Below, piece after piece: positions 28,290 through 40,691 of a stretch of DNA of 64,000 bases. The stretch is from Octopus sinensis (lineage: Eukaryota). The notes under the pieces were generated by a model. It ran no database searches. It saw only the letters and a program-made list of their open reading frames with translations, and had not been told where the DNA came from. The stretch covers positions 97,216,001 through 97,280,000 of the forward strand of contig NC_043000.1 in the NCBI RefSeq assembly GCF_006345805.1, read 5' to 3'. How positions within the stretch are numbered: position 1 is the first letter of the stretch; every line of letters begins with the position of its first letter. Both the position numbers and the translations under genes were made by a program.

Positions 28290-28630
28290 GACTGCATTCT
28301 AATGCTGGAAAGTTTCAGGGTCTTTGCGATCGGCCCTCTAACATATTGCAAGCGAGATACGCAGAACCGGGAGATACAGCGATCCTAGAGAAACAATCGA
28401 AACACTACCTGAGGATCAACATAATGATACAAAATTGCATGTACATATTACAAAGATTTCAACAAAGTGCAAACGATTAGTAACATGAATTCTAAGAACA
28501 TTTGGAGCGACTGAACGACAAACCATGTTGAACATGTGGAAGAGATTTGTTCTAAGTGGTCGACATTATTGCCCCATATCCCACTACACCAAAATATTGC
28601 TTTTGTGCCTCAGATCAACTACAGGAAGAA
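28290..28630 (+). mobile_element. Decayed CR1/L2-group LINE RT C-terminal fragment
   Basis: NAGKFQGL and *ILRTFGATERQTMLNMWKRFVLS..HYC resemble the FN..KFQ and WILRTF...MLxLW..LV...LDYC motifs. Confidence 0.6.
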
Positions 28631-28694
28631 AGGCTGAAAAGATTAAGATGCTACACCATGAAAAGAAGTAGAGAAATATATGTGAACATAATAT

Positions 28695-28695
<1 letters not shown>

Positions 28696-28736
<41 letters not shown>

Positions 28737-28779
28737 GGATGGATGGATGGATAGATAGATAGATAGATAGATAGATAGT

Positions 28780-28857
<78 letters not shown>
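28696..28857. repeat. (GATA)n microsatellite
   Basis: Direct reading. Confidence 0.97.
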
Positions 28858-28945
28858 TACATAAAAAGGACTGCGTAACTCCTATGCTTTTGTTATTCAT
28901 TGATAGATTATAGGCCCTGCACGCACCTGAATCTTTCCTCTAAAA

Positions 28946-29140
28946 CAGTGATTCCCAACTTGTGGTCCGCGACTCCTGGTGGCCTGCAAAGGTAGTACTG
29001 GGAGTTCGTGAACTAAATTCCAAATTTATATATATGTATATATATATATATATATCAGGATAAACATGTTAAAAGGGATCCATGGGAAAGGTCATTTAAA
29101 TAAAAGGGATCTTTGGTAGTGAAGAGGTTGGGAACCACTG
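28946..29140. mobile_element. hAT (Charlie-like) MITE, 195 bp
   Basis: TIR cagtgattcccaac / gttgggaaccactg (13/14 match); 8-bp TSD ctctaaaa / ctctaaag. Confidence 0.88.
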
Positions 29141-29232
29141 CTCTAAAGCATAAGAGTATTGGCTTTAAACAACTGGTTGTTATCAACGCTATTCCTAAGC
29201 TAAATCAAAATTTGTGTGTGTGTGCATGTGAT

Positions 29233-29345
<113 letters not shown>

Positions 29346-29509
29346 GTGAAGCCGCTTGGCAATAATTGACTTTGAACTCCGCTGTGTATGCGCACTATGT
29401 TTTAACGTTCTAGTTCACTTCTACTGTTTACAGCAGTGCATGGAATGAAGGTGTGTAGCGTGTGATAATCGCATTGACCATGACAGAGAAAGTTGTCATG
29501 GTGATATCT

Positions 29510-29875
29510 CCTCAGAGCACCACCTTTAGTCGAGAAAATCGACCCCAGGTCTTATTCTTTGTAAGCCTTGTACGTATTCTATCTGTCTCTTTTGCCGAAC
29601 TGCTAAGTTACGGGGACGTAAACACACCAGCATTGGTTGTCAAGCGATGTTGGGGGGGGGGGACAAACAGAGACACACAAACATATACACACATATATAT
29701 ATATATATATATACAGATATACGACAGGCTTCTTTCAGTTTCCGTCTACCAAATCCACTCACAAGGCTTTGGTCGGCCCGAGGCTATAGTAGAAGGCATT
29801 TGCCCAAAGTCCCACGTAGTGGGAATGAACACGGAACCATGTGCTTGGTAAGCAAGCTACTTACCACGCAGCTAC
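29510..29875 (-). mobile_element. Composite SINE family C
   Basis: Same head module (cgacaggcttctttcagtttccgtctacc...accatgtgcttggtaagcaagctactt), CA/TA hinge and tail module. Confidence 0.8.
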
Positions 29876-30109
29876 ATGTAATATATATGTGTATGTGTGT
29901 GTGTGTTATAAAAGCAGCATTGATTCAAAATAACATTCTATGTTTTTTTGAAAGCCAATTAAGCAGTGGAATGCGACTCGAGGTAACATCTCTTACAAAC
30001 ACGTATTGTCATAGAACACAGAAGTATATCATTACCTGAAGAAAATCGTTCAGCTGTTGTAACATTGCTCAGTAAGTATTTCTCCCTCCTTCGTCAGTTG
30101 GGAGTATCC

Positions 30110-30455
30110 ACTACAACTCATTTTACTTGTTTCAGTCATTGGACTGCAGCCATTTTGAGGTACTGCATTAAAAGAATTAATCGAAAGAAATCGATACCAG
30201 TACATATTTTAAGTCTAATATTTATTCGAACGTTTATTTTTGCCAAACCGCTAAGTTACGAAGACAGAAACAAACATAAAAAGAGATCAAATGCAAAGAT
30301 TCACTTACACATATGTGCAGTTTCCATCTACCAAATTCTGTCTCATGGCATTACTTTCCCCAGTGCTGATGAAGAAGTCAGTGACTCTAAAGTGCCGCGT
30401 AGTAGGATTAAATCTGAAACCATATGGTCGCGAAGCGAAGTACTTAACCACACAG
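30110..30455 (-). mobile_element. Composite SINE family C, diverged
   Basis: ttttacttgtttcagtcattggactgcagcc tail; gccaaaccgctaagttacg; cagtttccatctacc head module. Confidence 0.7.
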
Positions 30456-30471
30456 CTAACCTGCAATTGTT

Positions 30472-30529
<58 letters not shown>

Positions 30530-31879
30530 TGTGTGTTTGGTGTGCGTGTGTCAGTGTGTGTGTTTGGTGTGCGTGTGTTTATGTGTGTGTGTGTTTTGTG
30601 CATGAAATTGTAGGGTGTTTGGAGGTGGAGTCTTGAAATCTTTACATTCACCGCTCTTCCTAGACTTGTGCAATGAACGATGCAGCTGATAGTCTGTAGG
30701 CTAGTGTCGGCAGGAAAATCGTGGGCATATGGTTGTCAACTGAGCAGACACCATTAAAAGTATCCAACGACTATGTAAGTGGTGTTAAACAGGGTGACAT
30801 TTTAAACCTGCTACGTAACGTCTGACTGACACCTTTTCTGTCTTTCTCTGACAACTTTGCGTCTGTTTTCTTCTTTTCTTCTCTTGCATACAAAATTCAT
30901 AATGCTACATTTTACATTTGAATCACTCCAAAACATTTCCTGTAAATCGTTAAAGATCATGTCAAGTTGTTTTGTTTGTACGAAGAAGTTCAAAAATATT
31001 CGATTCATAAGTCGGAAACAAACATCAAAAATTTTTTTAAAAAGTAAACAAAACTGATATAATTTCTCACAAAGGTCATGTATCCAGTAATTCTCTATAT
31101 AAGTTTTCTTCGAGAGCAATTTCACATTTAAATGCTAAATGTGTTTATTATTTGAATGCGTACATTTCGCTGTCGAAGCTCTCTTTGTAATCTTCGCCAC
31201 TCTTGATAACTAAGCCACTGGCACCCTCTGCACCACTGCCATCATTGCTGCTGTTGTTTTTAGTTGTCATAGCTGTTGTTGTAATCACCACGTAATGTCC
31301 TATACGGTATCCATCCACCTAATGGCAATTGGGGAATATTTGAAGCCGATGACATTAACGTAGTGTGGAGTCGATCGCACAACAGTCAACATACAGAGCA
31401 ATTCGATTGTTGTTTTATTTTAGGCTTGATCGAGATCTATGATAAATTTTTCCAGTCGTGGCCACTTCATTTTCTTGTATATCATGATCTATCTTGCCAA
31501 ATGTATTCTTCTGTATTTAAGACAAGATGTGATTTGAGTGAAGTATGGCTGCGATCTAGATAGTAGAGAGAGTAACAGTATAGAAGCTACTTCATTTTGG
31601 ACCCCATGACAAACCTTATTCTTTGATGTAACGATTAGTATAGCATCAATATTTAATTGCCTATTAGGTACATAAAGATCAAATCATCTCCCGAATTACA
31701 ATAACCCATAGGCCTACTGTTTGTCTCATTTTCTATAATGTTTAAACTACAGAGAGATAAACCACATACCACTTACCTGCCAAATAACTGTCTGCTCTAT
31801 TGAGGGAAAGTCTTTCTTGTGAAAGAATTGATCTGACCACTGAAAATTAACAAAACACCAATGAAACTATTCAGTGCTC

Positions 31880-32700
31880 TCTGTAACTACGCCATTTTGT
31901 AGAAGGGACACGTTTCACTGATCAGGTCAATTCCCTGACAACATTCTCTGTACATAGGACTTGGTATGCTATGGTTACCAATACACAGATGTGTTGAAGC
32001 TGAAGCATCTACAACGATTAATAGCTGAGGAGGTAAGTGTGGCTGCCTTTTGTGAGATGTCTTTCTATTGCTCATTTCCTTGACACAATAGCAATCTGGG
32101 AGTCAAACAAAGACCAAGATTGGGCGCTTGACAGCTAGAATATTGGCAGGCGTTGACAGCCTTCTACCAATCAAGCAATGCAGTGGGTGTAACTTTCATG
32201 TTAGCGCTCTATGGAGGAATAGCGGTGAGGAAGTATGATTATGTCGATGAGAATCCACAATTACGTCTAAAACAGAGAAATTTCGGCCCAGCAAATGTGG
32301 ATAACTTCCAGTAATCCCTAGATAACTTCCAGAAACACCCCGGGGTAGAGGCAACACTGATTATTCGTGATAAACTTTACAGTTACGTGAGTGCCGTCAG
32401 ACCGGCTTGCTCAAAATGTCTGCAATGCGACGATACCATTCTGCATGAACCTCTTCAATAACTAGGCAACGCAAATATGTGGAGTTGTGTTGAACCAGCT
32501 GTTGTTGCATGTAGGACAGATCCGCCTATCAGCTGGATCTAGCGTGAATCCCGTCTCACCATTTTCCTTTGGCCGGGAATAGTAGACAGTTTGTTCCATC
32601 GGTTGGCTTTGCGAATGGGGTTCTGTGAGACTGAAAGGAAAGAAGATAGACACCACTCTCTTCGGCGAAGCCTTCATCCAATGTTTCAAGTTTTACTCAG
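31880..32700 (-). mobile_element. Possible highly decayed RTE-type LINE (APE/RT traces)
   Basis: YYSRPKENGETGF resembles RTE APE (FWSG.P...GVGF); CQGIDLIS resembles YRGISLLS. Weak. Confidence 0.35.
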
Positions 32701-34969
32701 AAAATAAGGTAAGAATGGGATGGAGGTGCTTTCCCCACAAGTATACTCGTTGAAAGCCGAGTGGGAATATCAAACATGGTACATATAAACGGGCCTACAC
32801 TAAGCATGCACCAGTAGACCGGTAAATGACAGAAGGCACCTTTCTTGGTCAAGGTGACTCAGGTTTCGTGGAGGTGTCTTGATTGCTTCTAAGCAGTTGT
32901 CCATGTTATTGCGGAACTTTGTTTCTTGAAAATTTATTACTTGTTTTCGTTATTCCTTTATTACACATTTGTATATAACTCTTCCCACAACGTTGCATAT
33001 TGTCATGTGTACTATCCCTCTTTTTATACCTTTGAACTCTTGTGGTTAATTAAAAAATTATTCTTATTGTTGTCTTTCTAGTGTTGTTATTGTTTTGTTG
33101 CTATTGTTGATTCTTATCTCCATAATACATGATACATATCGCTCGTATAATTAATAAAAATTCAATGGATTACATATAAGTCGTGTGGATATTTTTATGT
33201 TAACTGTATTCATGTAGAAGTAGTCATTTTATTGCTGGCGTTTTTTTACTGATTGAGAAAAGGAGAAAAAAGTTACTTTGATCCACCAAACAACATTTTT
33301 TCCGTCAGGCATTTCAAACATGGCAACTTTGGCAGTATATCTCACAAAAATAAAAAGAATTATAGAAATAAAAGTCATGTAAACAAAATAACATTTATTT
33401 GTGCTTTCAAGAAATGCACAGGAAGAAATACAATTTTCACTGGTTAATATGTCGTACTATCAAATACACAAACAAATATCAAATTTCTGAGAAAACATCA
33501 GTAAAAAAAAAAATAAAAATAAAAATAAAGAAATAAAATTTAAAAAATCTCGTTTGCTTCCATAGTAAAGAAGGAGTATTTCAAAATTTCGAGAGCAGAA
33601 AGGGATGACATGGTACAAATAAGTGTCTAAATCTAAGACTTCCTTACTCGAGGCTCTTATCTGGAAGCGAGAGAGAAGGAGAGTAGTTTATCTCTGATTC
33701 GCAATCGAGGGAGTTCGCAACTGAAAATCCCCTCCCAAGAGAGAGGTTTCGTATGCACTCAAAAGTATTTTCTAAGGAGTCCCTAGTCAATGTACAAAGG
33801 GATTTAGTTTCTGTCGAATACGGTAGAGTATACAAGAAGAGTTTTCTTGGTCTTTCAAGACCGAGGTAAAGTGTGGCATGAAGTGTTCATATTGCATTTA
33901 CACACCATCCATTAGTTTGCACAGTAATACATGGGTAAGCATTAGATCAAGGGTGACAGGTAGAAGCTTTCGCAACAAATTAAACTTGGCTTGTTCTCAG
34001 CTTTGTAGAAATATGGATTGTTGGTTAGCGTGGAGGTAAACAAATATTACGTGATCGGGAGGTTTCAGCATATGATCTTTCAAGATCACATGACCATTCC
34101 AAAGGTGTGTCGTGCCGTGGATGCTGAAACAGTAGGAATGAGACTTGTGGTCTAGGACAGAGGACCTAGCTTTTATACTTGTAACAGCAACATTAACTTG
34201 AGGACTTTATGCCCCGTGGAAGCGAAAAGGTAAAATAACAGCAACAACAGTAAGCTCGAGAGTGTACTAGGTTAATACACCGTCAGTTAAAACTCCAGAG
34301 ATGGCGGACGAGGTGACTGCATCCTCAGTTTAAGAAGCAGACCATATTTGCCTCCTAGAAGAACCACTTCAATCACATACGAGGAAAGGAAGAAAATTTA
34401 GGGTGAAGAGAAATAGCATGCCGGCGCAGTGACTAAGAAAAAGGCGGGGAAAAGCAGAAATTCAAGAAGCGAAAGGAACATATTTGAAAGTACTAGATGG
34501 TACAGATCATACAATAAGTTCACGGTATTGCAAGCGAATTGTTGATATCCAAGTTTTGAGCCTTTGCAAAGTTGATTATGATGACGATGTACTGTAAGAG
34601 GAAAAGAGCAAAGGCTGATTTACAAGAGAGACTACAAAGATAGAACATTGATGAAAACCATATTAATGATTTATTACAATTTAAAACAGAAGTGAAAATA
34701 CCCCTTAACATGCACTCGCAAGCTGGAAATTATAGATGATGGAAACGGCACTTGACTTTGGTACACTTTTTGCGATGCAGGATCTGGAGGTAGTTGAATA
34801 GTCCATAAATGTTTCTCCTCCTATCAGGTCTTTGCGTTAGTATTTCTGTTTTACGACTATTTTTTTTTTTTTACTTGTTTTTACAGTATCATATTCTTTT
34901 GCATTCATTCCATCTTCAGTTTTCTTGAGATCTAGGGACAAAATAGCTATTATTATTAAAATTGTGATT

Positions 34970-35180
34970 AAGGCAATGAGCTGGTAGAATCGATAGCGCG
35001 CCGGGCAAAATGCTTAGCGGCATTTAATCCGTCCTGACGTTCTAAGTTCGAATTCCGCCGAGGTTGACTTTACCTTTTATCCTTTTAGGGTCGACAAATT
35101 AAGTACCAGTGAAACACTGGGGTCGATGTGATCGACTAGTCCCCTCCCTCAAATTTCAGGCTTCGTTCCTTAATTAGAAA
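34970..35180 (+). mobile_element. SINE family A, near full length
   Basis: Head, aagttcgaattcc B box, body and tail as at 7701. Confidence 0.85.
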
Positions 35181-36531
35181 GGGTTGTTAATATTGTTGTT
35201 GTTGCCGTACCTCAGTACAGATGTGTCTTCGAATAGTGCGTAAATTTTGTTTGTTTTAAGCACATATATATTTTTTGTTCTGTTTTGTTGCTAAACTGAC
35301 CAGAATTATAAAAAATTCTTCGGTTCAGTACTTTTCAGCGCTTCAGGTCCTCAAGAGGACTGAAAGAAGAATAAACCTCGCAGTATCCAGTCACATTATC
35401 GATAAAACTAGTCTATACACCGTGACTTGAAGTTGTTTAAGTGTTAAGATTCAACAGATTGAAAGATCAGCCTAAGAACAGACGGTAAGGAGTTTGAAGA
35501 CCGTGCGGAAGCGAAAAAAAATCTGTCGTCGTACGAGGCAAAAAAATTGCACACCTAACGTCAAATTTGAGTCTGAACTAAAACGAGAACGCATTCCAGT
35601 GACCGAATTAAAATGGGTATTTCGTTTATATATAGATAAACGAGTTGTGAAGATGAATGTTATGGACGAGCTAACAGAAATAAATATCTAGTGGCTGGTG
35701 GAAGGTGTCTTGCTCGATGACGACGATGAGGTATTCTTGGAAGTTTACCAGATGAGCATAAGAAAGCTAATTGGGTTTGGGAATCGAGTTAGGAATTCAA
35801 ATGAAGCAAGAGAAACTCGATGTTATTCCTAACAAACAGCAAAATGTCAGCGGTTTCAAAGCGATGGTAGAAGATAAGAGGTTAAGGTGTCACATCTGTA
35901 TCAGAACCTAATTTTTGTACTGTCCATACTAGAGGGCAAACGAATGAAGCCCATCACTCCACTGCTGCCGACATACAACCAGATAACGAGAACAGCCACA
36001 GCAACAACCACTACAACTGCAACAGCAAAATCAGTAGCAAATGTCAAAGCAGGAGCAACAGTAGTAGCAACAACAACAATAGAAGTAGCAGCACCAACCA
36101 AAACTGCAACAGAACCAATATGACAGCAATAGGAACATCACCAGAATGTGGTGGCGATGGGGTTCATGGTATAGCGGTAATGTTTTATATTAATGATACT
36201 GCTGGTGGCGGTATGGAAGTAAGTGATGTTCCTAACAAAGCTATATAAAGACGGTGGCAACGTTTATGAGAATCAATTGGGAATTCAATGTACGGCAAAT
36301 TTCTCTGAAGATGTATACAGTACATGGTATAGTGTTGGTTGGGGTTCGGATTTTGCAGTTGTCAAGTAAGAATGTGCAGTCTTTCGTTACGATTTCGTTT
36401 TTTTTCTTTGTCATGTATGTATGTATGTATTCATTTATGTGTGTGTTGGTAAATGTAGGTATATTCATACACACATGTATATATATATATATATATATAT
36501 ATACATACATATATATAATATTATATAGATA

Positions 36532-36586
<55 letters not shown>

Positions 36587-36717
36587 AAAATAGTAAGTGT
36601 GAAAAAACGACAGAAGGCTTAATGTTAAAAAATATATATATTTGTGTCAAAATGTCTGGAGAATTTGGAAAAATTTTTTTTCCCTTTCCTTAAAATGACA
36701 TAATTTAAAAATTTTTA

Positions 36718-36757
36718 AAGAAATTACCGGTTTCGCGTGTAGCTTTTCAAATTTCTT
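36718..36757 (-). ncRNA. Minimal type I hammerhead ribozyme (U3-A8 core), mirror copy
   Basis: Reverse complement of 40064-40103. Confidence 0.7.
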
Positions 36758-36892
36758 GTGACGTTATGTTTATATTGCATGGAATTATCGTTGTTTTTAT
36801 TTCCAGGAGATTTCTAAATAAGGGGAGGTAGTGAGTGATTTTTTCCGGTGTAGGGGAGATAATCGCTTACAAATTTTTTTTCCCTTTTCTTG

Positions 36893-38408
36893 TTAATTTC
36901 TCTGTGTCAGTATGTTCGGATGGTTGAGTCTGGGTTTGTACTTTTCAATGAAGAATGTTTCCTTGTTCAGTCTCTCATTTGTGTTGATGATCCGAAAGCA
37001 CATTGGTAAAATGGGAAGATTAAAAATTGTGGCAGTAGTTGCTTTGCGCATTTCTCAATGTGCTCACTAAAAGGTATTCATTCTATATTCTGGAATGCAA
37101 TCTGTTGTCGATGCAGTGTGCATCTGCGCCTGAGTGATAGTCCCGTGGAGCCCACGTAGTCTTGGTGGCAGCCCGAGCATTTAATAACATAAATTATGTT
37201 TTCAGAGGCACAAGTAAAGTTAGATTTGATCTTAAATTTCTGTCCCTCTTTAAAGAAGAATTCTGATCCTTCCAATAGGTTAGGACATGTTGCACAGTTC
37301 GATCTACCACATTTTTTTACTTTTGCATCCGTAATTTTAGAAGACAATTTTGCCTTTGTGAGAATCTTTTTAAGTGATTTAGGCTGTTTGGTAGCTTTTA
37401 ATGATTTGGTGTATGTTTAGAATTTCCTTTAATTTTGGGTTTTTATGAAGTATTGGTAAATTCTGGGTGATGATGGTGAAGGCTTCTTTGTTTCTGGGGT
37501 TGTATGTAGATATGTAAGGTAGTATTTTCGGGGAAGGTGTGTTGTTGTGTTGAACTTTTCTTAAAGTTTCTATGTTGATTTCTGTTGCACGTCTGATCCC
37601 ATCCTCTATGAGTTGAGCTGGGTAATGTCTGTCAATTAGGGTGTTTTTGAGTTCTTGCAGTCTAAAGTTCCTGGTATTTTGTTCTGACACTATTGTGCAT
37701 ATCCTTCTTGCAAGGTTGAAGGGGATGTTTGTTTTAGTGTGTCTTGGGTGGCATGAATTAAAAAGAAGGTATTGTTTGGCGTCTGTGGCTTTGTAAAAAA
37801 TGTCTGTTTCTATTTTAAGGTTAATTTTTTTAATTAGTATATCCAAGAACGGGAGCTCCTTTTGTTGTATTCCATTGTGAACTGTATATTTGGGTTATGC
37901 TGTTCAATAGGTTTTTAAATTTTAGGAGTTTATCTATGTTTTCATTCCAGAGAATGAAACAATCGTCTAGGAATCGTTTCCAATTCTCTTTTATGTATTG
38001 AGAGAGGGAGTTTCCAAAGATTGATAGAGATTCCTGGTAAATGATTTTTCCATGTATCCCATTGTTAAGTTCGCAATGACTGGTGCTGCCCTTGTACCCA
38101 TAGCAATTCCGGATTTTTGACGGTAAAATGTATTGTCAAACATGAAGTGGTTATTGTGTAGGATGAATTCAATTGATTTAGTAATGAATTCCTTACTGAT
38201 CCTTTTTGGTATTTCTTCCGGAAATTGTCTAACCAGAATTGTATTGCCTCCAGTCCATAATTATGAGGTATACTGGTATACAAGTTGACTACATCAAATG
38301 AAACCAGGATTGTTTCTTCCTTGGTTTTTTTGGGAGGTGGTTTAACATATCTAAGTCATCTCTGATATGGCTATCGATATGTTTAAGGAAGGGTTTCAAG
38401 AGGATGTC
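36893..38408 (-). pseudogene. Penelope-like RT + GIY-YIG ORF, left arm, frameshifted and 5'-truncated
   Basis: LVSFDVVNLYTSIP, GIAMG, FLDD, CxxCxxC linker, IIYVIKCSGCHQDYVGST, FIEKYKPRLN. Confidence 0.92.
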
Positions 38409-38413
38409 CATAA

Positions 38414-39927
38414 GTAGACATCCTCTTGAAACCCTTCCTTAAACATATCGATAGCCATATCAGAGATGACTTAGATATGTTAAACCACCTCCCAAAAAAA
38501 CCAAGGAAGAAACAATCCTGGTTTCATTTGATGTAGTCAACTTGTATACCAGTATACCTCATAATTATGGACTGGAGGCAATACAATTCTGGTTAGACCA
38601 ATTTCCGGAAGAAATACAAAAAGGATCAGTAAGGAATTCATTACTAAATCAATTGAATTCATCCTACACAATAACCACTTCATGTTTGACAATACATTTT
38701 ACCGTCAAAAATCCGGAATTGCTATGGGTACAAGGGCAGCACCAGTCATTGCGAACTTAACAATGGGATACATGGAAATAATCATTTACCAGGAATCTCT
38801 ATCAATCTTTGGAAACTCCCTCTCTCAATACATAAAAGAGAATTGGAAACGATTCCTAGACGATTGTTTCATTCTCTGGAATGAAAACATAGATAAACTC
38901 CTAAAATTTAAAAACCTATTGAACAGCATAAACCCAAATATACAGTTCACAATGGAATACAACCAAAAGGAGCTCCCGTTCTTGGATATACTAATTAAAA
39001 AAATTAACCTTAAAATAGAAACAGACATTTTTTACAAAGCCACAGACGCCAAACAATACCTTCTTTTTAATTCATGCCACCCAAGACACACTAAAACAAA
39101 CATCCCCTTCAACCTTGCAAGAAGGATATGCACAATAGTGTCAGAACAAAATACCAGGAACTTTAGACTGCAAGAACTCAAAAACACCCTAATTGACAGA
39201 CATTACCCAGCTCAACTCATAGAGGATGGGATCAGACGTGCAACAGAAATCAACATAGAAAATTAAGAAAAGTTCAACACAACAACACACCTTCCCCGAA
39301 AATACTACCTTACATATCTACATACAACCCCAGAAACAAGAAGCCTTCACCATCATCACCCAGAATTTACCAATACTCATAAAAACCCAAAATTAAAGGA
39401 AATTCTAAACATACACCAAATCATTAAAAGCTACAAACAGCCTAAATCACTTAAAAAGATTCTCACAAAGGCAAAATTGTCTTCTAAAATTACGGATGCA
39501 AAAGTAAAAAAATGTGGTAGATCGAACTGTGCAACATGTCCTAACCTATTGGAAGGATCAGAATTCTTCTTTAAAGAGGGACAGAAATTTAAGATCAAAT
39601 CTAACTTTACTTGGCCTCTGAAAACATAATTTATGTTATTAAATGCTCGGGCTGCCACCAAGACTACGTGGGCTCCACGGGACTATCACTCAGGCGCAGA
39701 TGCACACTGCATCGACAACAGATTGCATTCCCAGAATATAGAATGATACCTTTAGTGAGCACATTGAGAAATGCGCAAAGCAACTACTGCCACAATTTTT
39801 AATCTTCCCATTTTACCAATGTGCTTTCGGATCATCAACACAAATGAGACTGAACAAGGAAACATTCTTCATTGAAAAGTACAAACCCAGACTCAACCAT
39901 CCGAACATACTGACACAGAGAAATTAA
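38414..39927 (+). pseudogene. Penelope-like RT + GIY-YIG ORF, right arm, frameshifted and 5'-truncated
   Basis: Same motifs; the Cys-rich linker before GIY-YIG suggests the Neptune group (inference). Confidence 0.92.
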
Positions 39928-40063
39928 CAAGGAAAAGGGAAAAAAAATTTGTAAGCGATTATCTCCCCTACACCGGAAAAAATCACTCACTACCTCCCCT
40001 TATTTAGAAATCTCCTGGAAATAAAAACAACGATAATTCCATGCAATATAAACATAACGTCAC

Positions 40064-40103
40064 AAGAAATTTGAAAAGCTACACGCGAAACCGGTAATTT
40101 CTT
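40064..40103 (+). ncRNA. Minimal type I hammerhead ribozyme (U3-A8 core)
   Basis: Stem I AAGAAAU/AUUUCUU, core UUGAAAA, stem II GC-UACAC-GC, GAAA, palindromic ACCGGU, cleavage triplet GUA. Confidence 0.7.
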
Positions 40104-40281
40104 TAAAAATTTTTTAAATTATGTCATTTTAAGGAAAGGGAAAAAAAATTTTTCCAATATTCTCCAGACATTTTGACACAAATATATATATTTTTTAACA
40201 TTTAAGCCTTCTGTCGTTTTTTCACACTTTACTATTTTCTTATATATTCACCCACGTGCTTTACCAAACAAACTTTCTTAT

Positions 40282-40348
<67 letters not shown>

Positions 40349-40396
40349 AAGGAAAAGTCAAGATAGAAAATGCTAAAATAATTTCATAAAAAAACA

Positions 40397-40438
40397 TTTC
40401 AGTACCGGTTTCAGTCATTGAGACTTTTTCAACGGTAA
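40397..40438 (-). ncRNA. Hammerhead-like motif, U3-A8 core, imperfect stem I
   Basis: UUGAAAA, stem II AGUC-UCAAU-GACU, GAAA, ACCGGU-A; stem I has only 4/6 pairs. Confidence 0.5.
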
Positions 40439-40604
40439 GTTTGGAAAATAATTAAATTTTGGAAAAATTAAAAGAAAAGCTTTTTAAAACAATATTTGCG
40501 TAGTGTTCAAATATAAGTGGTATTTTCCTTGTTTCTGCCTGTTTCTGTCTCTCTTGTTTACTCTTGTGGGTTCGAGGTCGCGGTCGTTGTGAATTCTTTG
40601 TAGG

Positions 40605-40691
40605 GAAGAAGAAGAAGAAGAAGAAGAAGAAGAAGAAGAAGAAGAAGAAGAAGAAGAAGAAGAAGAAGAAGAAGAAGAAGAAGAAGAAGAA
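40605..40691. repeat. (GAA)n microsatellite
   Basis: Direct reading. Confidence 0.97.

Larger units (their letters stand above)
36578..40247. mobile_element. Palindromic pair of 5'-truncated Penelope-like elements (head-to-head, 3' ends outward)
   Basis: Arms 36578-38408 and 38417-40247 (1831 bp each) are reverse complements around the 8-nt spacer cataagta. Confidence 0.95.

Noticed and set aside
34250-35900. A-rich unique stretches as LINE ORF1 remnants
   Set aside because: No diagnostic motif recognised.
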